DNA from: Chlamydiia bacterium
GTDB taxonomy: Bacteria > Chlamydiota > Chlamydiia > Chlamydiales > 2-12-FULL-49-11
Length of the DNA: 21,122 nucleotides
NCBI GenBank assembly: GCA_044359535.1
Contig: JBIKLZ010000019.1
Span: 1-21,122 of the forward strand
Direction of reading: 5' to 3'
The notes under the pieces were generated by a model that saw only the letters and a list, made by a program, of their open reading frames with translations, searched no databases and was not told the DNA's origin. The position numbers and the translations under genes were made by a program. Position 1 is the stretch's first letter. Every line of letters begins with the position of its first letter. Below, in pieces: positions 16,087 through 21,122 of the stretch.

Positions 16087-16212
16087 GAATGATAAAGGTA
16101 CGATGATCAATAAAGACTCTTTTTTTATTCCCCTTGTTTACGATAAACCATCACCAAAGGAAGCTGCAGAATCTGCTGTTGATAACTATTTCTATTTAGG
16201 GGGAAAAATTGC
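15312..16212 (+). repeat. 27-nt identical direct repeat between the two DUF648-type paralogues
   Basis: CTATTTCTATTTAGGGGGAAAAATTGC at 15312-15338 and 16186-16212, encoding YFYLGGKIA. Confidence 0.9.
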
Positions 16213-17248
16213 ACAAGTAGATGACACAAGAGCTTATGTTACTTTGATTGACCCGCCGCCAGATAAAACAGGTCGTGATAAAGCTAAGACATGGGGACTA
16301 AATCTTATTAAAATCATCTCTTATCTTACTCTCATTATCCCCCTAGGATTTTTAATTGCAAAAGCTGCCATCCGCTCTTCAAAAGAGTTATTCCTTCCTA
16401 CAACTGATCAACCCGAGCCTGAAGATGCTAAAATTGATAAACCTCCTGTAAATACAACTCCTTTAGAAACAACTCCTGACACTCCTTCTCCTTTGCTTGA
16501 GGGTGTTCTAAAAAAAATTCAGACTATGACTATCGATTATAAGAGTAAAAAGATACCTGTAACTGTTTTTTCATTATCCCCAACACTGCCAGACCCCTCT
16601 TCTTTCATTAATTATCAAGACCCTATTGATGAAACTACTTTTGATGAGTGTAAAGATTCCCCTTCCTTGAGTTTTATATCCGATGTAAATCGAGATATCT
16701 TTTTAACTACAACTATTGCAGAATGGTTATCAAATCTCCCCTGTCAAACCACATTAAAAGGACAGTCTAGCCATTTTTGGAAATCTTCAGAAGAATATCA
16801 AGAATTGATTGAATTTTTAATTAATCATTCTGCTGAAGACATTAAAACAAAACTAGAAACTCAGCTAAACACTTTCCTCAAAATAAAAGATCTCCTTCAA
16901 ACTTTAGAAAATGACTATGATATTATCAAAATCCTAGATTCCTTGTTATTTGGACTTAATAACAAACTAAAGGCTGAAGCAGAACCTTTTGGTTGGAAAT
17001 ATCTCGAACTAAAAAATGCTTTTCCTGAGGAGATAGGTAATTTTCTTTTTCCAGAAGAAGCCTTTAGTAAGAAAACTCAGTATTGTGTAAAACACGCACA
17101 TGCTATTATTTACTTCCAATGGATTCGTCTTTGTTCCTTTTTAAAAACAAAGACAGAATTAAGTCTCGATAAAAATAATTTTGACAAAGATTTTGATAAA
17201 AAATTTGAAAATCTTATACAAAAACTAAAAGAAATTTATCCTAAATAA
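16103..17248 (+). CDS. DUF648-type chlamydial protein, paralogue 2
   Basis: FFIPL...VDNYFYLGGK...IKIISYLTLIIPLGFLIAKAAIR, then a Pro/Thr-rich linker and a helical C-terminal domain homologous to that of paralogue 1. Confidence 0.7.
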   Translation: MINKDSFFIPLVYDKPSPKEAAESAVDNYFYLGGKIAQVDDTRAYVTLIDPPPDKTGRDKAKTWGLNLIKIISYLTLIIPLGFLIAKAAIRSSKELFLPTTDQPEPEDAKIDKPPVNTTPLETTPDTPSPLLEGVLKKIQTMTIDYKSKKIPVTVFSLSPTLPDPSSFINYQDPIDETTFDECKDSPSLSFISDVNRDIFLTTTIAEWLSNLPCQTTLKGQSSHFWKSSEEYQELIEFLINHSAEDIKTKLETQLNTFLKIKDLLQTLENDYDIIKILDSLLFGLNNKLKAEAEPFGWKYLELKNAFPEEIGNFLFPEEAFSKKTQYCVKHAHAIIYFQWIRLCSFLKTKTELSLDKNNFDKDFDKKFENLIQKLKEIYPK

Positions 17249-17273
17249 AGACCTACTCATCCCTTTGGTGCTA

Positions 17274-17696
17274 TTAAAGTAAAAGCAAAGCAAAGACAAA
17301 GGCAAATAGGGCAAAAGATTCAATAATTCCAATTGCAACAAATGTTTTACCAAAAAGAGCGGGCTTTTTTGCTACAGCAAGGATTGCTGAAACACAGGCC
17401 TTTCCTTGATAAATAGCTGCAACCATAATAGCTGCCCCAGACCCCCCTCCAATACCTATTGCTGATGCTTGTGACACCCCCCCTGCTTTAACACTTTGAG
17501 AGAGCAACAACATCAACACAAAGCCATAAATCATCTGTGATGCCGGCACAGCAGATAGTCCAAGAAGTTTTGCGTGCCCCTCATCAATTCTACTCATTAC
17601 CCCATGAGAAGCAATCCCTGCCATCCCACAACCAATTGCCGCTCCAATAGCAGAAAAGCCTAATGCCAGTGCTGGCCCAATCATTCCAAAATCCAT
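17274..17696 (-). CDS. atpK: V/A-type ATP synthase subunit K (proteolipid, 4 TM)
   Basis: 140-aa hydrophobic duplicated-hairpin proteolipid with PASQMIYG, YQGKA and GIIESFALF (ion-carrying Glu126). Last gene of the operon. Confidence 0.95.
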   Translation of the reverse strand: MDFGMIGPALALGFSAIGAAIGCGMAGIASHGVMSRIDEGHAKLLGLSAVPASQMIYGFVLMLLLSQSVKAGGVSQASAIGIGGGSGAAIMVAAIYQGKACVSAILAVAKKPALFGKTFVAIGIIESFALFAFVFALLLL

Positions 17697-17714
17697 ATTT
17701 TCTCCTTCTTTTTT

Positions 17715-19637
17715 TTATTCCTTTCTTAATAATCTTAATGGGTCAAATTTCTTTCCCCCCCCTTCATAACTATGATGATACCACTCTAGAAAGTTAAGAC
17801 GCAGTCCGTGGATCACCCCTGCCATAACACCGAGGGAAATATTGACCATATGCCCAAATAATACAATGATCCATCCAAAAAAAGGGCCCCCTATAGCCGG
17901 TCCTATTTCATTAAAGGTTCCAGCTAAAACAACACTTGCAAGTCCTAAGGCATATAACCTTAAGTACGAAAGGACATCTGAAAAGACCTCAATAGCCTTA
18001 AATAGGGATGAAATTCCCCAAAAACTTTTTGCTTGGATCATCGATAAAATCACAGCAACTCCAAGGCCCCCGTAAAGGAGGGTTTCACCGAAAGCGATAG
18101 ATAAATCCCTCTCTATTAACCCTGTGTAAACAACCATAGAACTTGCCCCTAAAATTTTTGGGAAAAAAAGATACCCCCCAAATAACGTCGCTATCCATCC
18201 AACCCCCCCCCAATTTCTATAAAGATTTCTCAAAAAAGAAAAGGTTAAGTGGAAAATTCCTACAATCAACGACATTTCTAAAAGAATTCCATCATAAATC
18301 TCATTCATTAACTGAAATACTTTTGTCTTCTCTTTAACCTTTGTCCCCTTTAACAAAATATCTGAAGGGATCACCACATCTTCAATTTCAGGATACTCCT
18401 GCACCCACTCTTTGTATTCTTTACTATTTTCTTTCTTATGGTATTGAATTTTTTCTAACGCCAAGTGATAGGGGATAGAAATTCTATTTAAAAAATGGGT
18501 GGGGGTCATTTTAATACTAAAATAGGAAGCCACAAGGACCCCCCAAATGATTGTAGAACAAGAAATCAGGGTAAAAAGTGTAAGCATCCTTTTTTTTACC
18601 CCTTTTAACCTTTTTCCATATTTCATCCATCCACACAATGCTGCTGTTAAAAATATCGCCCCGTAACCTGCATCAGAAATAATCATCCCAAAAAAAAGGG
18701 CAAAAAACCAAATGACCCATGGGGAAGGGTCTTTATCATCCACTGCTGGGGTGTCATAAAGATAGACAAGGTCTTCTCCTAATTCTGAAAAACCCCTATT
18801 CTCCAAATAGGTAGGGGGCTCTTCCCCTTTTGTTATAGCAACTTTTTCCCCGATCACAGATAAATCATCCAAAAGTTCTTGAACATTTTTTTCTTTAGTT
18901 TCTGGAACCCAAGCCTCTATCATAAATAGTTGATCTTCAACAAAGTATTCCACATCTTCTTTTGCAAAATGCAAGTGGATCGAGTTCATCCTTGAAAAAA
19001 TATACTCCTCAATTAATTGGATGTAAGAAGTTAAAGAAATTTCACTTTTTTCTAATTCTTCAATCTCAGTAATAACATTTTGATGGTGAAGAAACACAGT
19101 GTCATAGCAACGCTCTATCACAACCTCACTATAGCCATTTTTTTGAAAACGCTCTTTTCCAATGGCTAAAAAGTAGTCCATTTGTAGATCTGATTGAATA
19201 TAAATAAGCTCTTCAGGGATCGCCTTTTGTTCACTGTCCCTTCTTGCCATAAAAAATTGTACATGATAGGAGGTTTCTTCCTCTAAAGCATGGATTTCCT
19301 CTAAAGAGAACCTACCAAAAGGTTTTAGACGTAAAAGTTCAATTTCAAGGGCTCTTTTCTTTTCATAATTAAGGTGGATCTTTTGTCTTGTAGAAATAAC
19401 CTCTTTAACAATGTCAATGATAGGCTGAAAAGATTCACCCTGTTGCTTCCCTTTTTGATGGACAGAAAGAATTTTTAAAGCTTCTTTTGCTTGAAGAACA
19501 TCGTCAGGAAATATATGAGGCTTTTTTCCAGTGACTGAAATACACTGCATAAAACCAAGAGCTTGGGCTTTTTCAAAAAAACGGTCTTGGATATTTTTTG
19601 TCCCTGCAAAAAGGTACTTATGAACTTTAACTTGCAC
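17715..19637 (-). CDS. atpI: V/A-type ATP synthase subunit I
   Basis: GTG start, soluble N-terminal half, IEAWVP, PPTYLEN, FFGMIISDAGYG, DVLSYLRLYALGLA and HGLRLNFLEW. Confidence 0.96.
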   Translation of the reverse strand: MQVKVHKYLFAGTKNIQDRFFEKAQALGFMQCISVTGKKPHIFPDDVLQAKEALKILSVHQKGKQQGESFQPIIDIVKEVISTRQKIHLNYEKKRALEIELLRLKPFGRFSLEEIHALEEETSYHVQFFMARRDSEQKAIPEELIYIQSDLQMDYFLAIGKERFQKNGYSEVVIERCYDTVFLHHQNVITEIEELEKSEISLTSYIQLIEEYIFSRMNSIHLHFAKEDVEYFVEDQLFMIEAWVPETKEKNVQELLDDLSVIGEKVAITKGEEPPTYLENRGFSELGEDLVYLYDTPAVDDKDPSPWVIWFFALFFGMIISDAGYGAIFLTAALCGWMKYGKRLKGVKKRMLTLFTLISCSTIIWGVLVASYFSIKMTPTHFLNRISIPYHLALEKIQYHKKENSKEYKEWVQEYPEIEDVVIPSDILLKGTKVKEKTKVFQLMNEIYDGILLEMSLIVGIFHLTFSFLRNLYRNWGGVGWIATLFGGYLFFPKILGASSMVVYTGLIERDLSIAFGETLLYGGLGVAVILSMIQAKSFWGISSLFKAIEVFSDVLSYLRLYALGLASVVLAGTFNEIGPAIGGPFFGWIIVLFGHMVNISLGVMAGVIHGLRLNFLEWYHHSYEGGGKKFDPLRLLRKE

Positions 19638-20259
19638 TCTTTGCCTCCGACTCTTTGGACTTTTTCTTTTCTATCTTTTCTTTAGCAAGTTTAGATAAGG
19701 CTACAGCCGCTAAAACCTGATCGCCTAAAAATATTTTTATAACTCCAATTTCTCTTTCTATATCTGGAATCAATCGTTTTTCAAAAAGGTTAACCCGGAT
19801 AGAAACCCCCCTTAACTCTTCCTCTAAAATTCTTTTTTTTTCTTCTGAAATTTCTAAAGCAATGGCCCTATTTTTTGCCGATTGAACCTGCTTTGTCAAA
19901 TCAATATGCCAAAAAGGTTTATATTGAATGGGTTGAGAGGATTGCTTAAATGTCAAAGATTTTAAACTTGGGACTTCAATACCTGCAATATTTTCATAAA
20001 CCACCACCTTCTTTTCAATAAGAAGTTGATCTTTTAAAAGGGTAGTAGATGGATCTGAAAGCAGTTTCATTGAAGGCTCTAAAGTTAAAAGATCCTCTTT
20101 ATACCTTTGCTTTTTATGCTCAATCTCCACTTTTGCTTTATTGACCTCTGCTTGTAATAACATCTTTTTCAACTGCAATGTAGGGAGATATTTTTTCAAC
20201 TGCACAAGTTTTTTCTGCAGACGATGCATTTCATTTTTTGTACATTTTACCGCAGCCAA
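19627..20259 (-). CDS. atpD: V/A-type ATP synthase subunit D
   Basis: TTG start, TKNE...YLPTLQLKK, ENIAGIEVP and RVNLFEKRLIP. Lies between subunits B and I. Confidence 0.96.
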   Translation of the reverse strand: MAAVKCTKNEMHRLQKKLVQLKKYLPTLQLKKMLLQAEVNKAKVEIEHKKQRYKEDLLTLEPSMKLLSDPSTTLLKDQLLIEKKVVVYENIAGIEVPSLKSLTFKQSSQPIQYKPFWHIDLTKQVQSAKNRAIALEISEEKKRILEEELRGVSIRVNLFEKRLIPDIEREIGVIKIFLGDQVLAAVALSKLAKEKIEKKKSKESEAKSAS

Positions 20260-20266
20260 AGTGTCC

Positions 20267-21122
20267 CTACCTTTCTTTATTCCAATATTTATCTGCTAAA
20301 GAATCTTTAATTCCCACTTCTGCTTTTTCAAAGCACTCCCCTAAAATTTTCCACCCTAAATCCAAGGCATTATTAAGGGAAATACTTTTACTTAGATCCA
20401 TCATTTCACTTTCAAAAAGATCCCCATATTTAATGAGCTTTTGATCCCATTTTGAAAGTTTAAAACCCATTGAATAGAGCTCTTTTGATTTTAGCGATTC
20501 AGAATATAAACGGATCATTGTATTCATAATAGCCCCATGATCTTCTCTTGTCACTTCTCCGACAACAAATTGCTTTAATCTTGATAGCGATCCAAAAGGT
20601 TCAATACGGCCATTGCGGAGATAAAACTGCCCTTCGGTGATATACCCTGTGTTATCAGGAATTGGATGAGTGACATCATCTCCTGGCATTGTGACAACTG
20701 GAAGCAAGGTGATAGATCCTGCCCCTTCAATATCAATTGCTTTTTCATATCTAAAAGCAAGATCTGAATATAAAGATCCAGGGTAGCCTCGATTGGATGG
20801 AATTTGATTTAATGAGATGGCAATTTCTTTTAATGCATCGGCATATGCAGTCATATCTGTAAGTAAAACTAAAACCCTTTTCCCCTTTTGAGCAAATTGT
20901 TCAGCAGCAGTTAATGCCATATCTGGAATAAGCAAACACTCGGCAGGATAATCGGTTGCTTTATGAACAAAAATAACGGTCTTATTTAACGCCCCGGTGT
21001 TTTTGGTGTTTTCAATAAATGCATGCATATCATCTAATCGTGCACCCATAATGCCAATAATAACCACATCGGCATCGGTATGGTTCGCAATACGCATTAA
21101 CAATTCATTATAAGGCTCTCCT
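20267..21122 (-). CDS. atpB: V/A-type ATP synthase subunit B (3' part; starts beyond the right edge of the window)
   Basis: The frame stays open to the window edge ([12 protein letters not shown]). Motifs [42 protein letters not shown] and [10 protein letters not shown]. Confidence 0.97.
   Translation of the reverse strand, partial: GEPYNELLMRIANHTDADVVIIGIMGARLDDMHAFIENTKNTGALNKTVIFVHKATDYPAECLLIPDMALTAAEQFAQKGKRVLVLLTDMTAYADALKEIAISLNQIPSNRGYPGSLYSDLAFRYEKAIDIEGAGSITLLPVVTMPGDDVTHPIPDNTGYITEGQFYLRNGRIEPFGSLSRLKQFVVGEVTREDHGAIMNTMIRLYSESLKSKELYSMGFKLSKWDQKLIKYGDLFESEMMDLSKSISLNNALDLGWKILGECFEKAEVGIKDSLADKYWNKER

Noticed and set aside
18203-18211. C9 tract in atpI (and other G/C runs) as phase-variation sites
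   Set aside because: They are in-frame Gly codons in a core gene, and G/C runs are common throughout the window.
1225-20760. Short ORF-track entries (1225-1443, 5045-5257, 5148-5336, 7180-7374, 7233-7439, 11466-11696, 13366-13587, 14803-15006, 17842-18075, 18143-18337, 20238-20444, 20575-20760)
   Set aside because: All lie within or antisense to well-supported genes and show no recognisable motifs, so they are treated as shadow ORFs.
1-21122. CRISPR arrays, tRNA/rRNA genes, IS elements, prophage genes
   Set aside because: No spaced repeats, RNA-gene signatures, transposase/integrase or structural phage ORFs were seen, and intergenic gaps are all under about 135 bp.

Overview
AT-rich, gene-dense chromosomal segment, most likely from an environmental member of the phylum Chlamydiota. 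The evidence is a PknD-type kinase, a chlamydial-style insertion before KMSKS in ValRS, a CT303-like lipoprotein, DUF648-type genes and a chlamydial V/A-type ATPase. Gene order: trpS (partial, -) | pknD, valS (+) | AGCS Na+/alanine symporter and two tandem glycosyltransferases (-) | type I-alpha DAHP synthase with no canonical start codon (+) | CT303-like lipoprotein (-) | Nudix hydrolase (+) | eukaryote-like USP (C19) deubiquitinase fused to DUF4116-like repeats, then fumC (-) | two tandem DUF648-type paralogues (+) | atpK, atpI, atpD, atpB (partial) (-). The Chlamydia backbone pknD-valS-CT303-atpKIDB appears to be split by two blocks of extra genes. The best leads are a minimal, catalytically intact USP deubiquitinase effector candidate, a DAHP synthase probably started at ATT and lacking its regulatory N-terminus, a duplicated DUF648 pair sharing an unrecognised C-terminal domain, and a duplicated glycosyltransferase pair. 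No RNA genes, CRISPR arrays or IS elements were seen. All family assignments come from motif recognition, not database searches.
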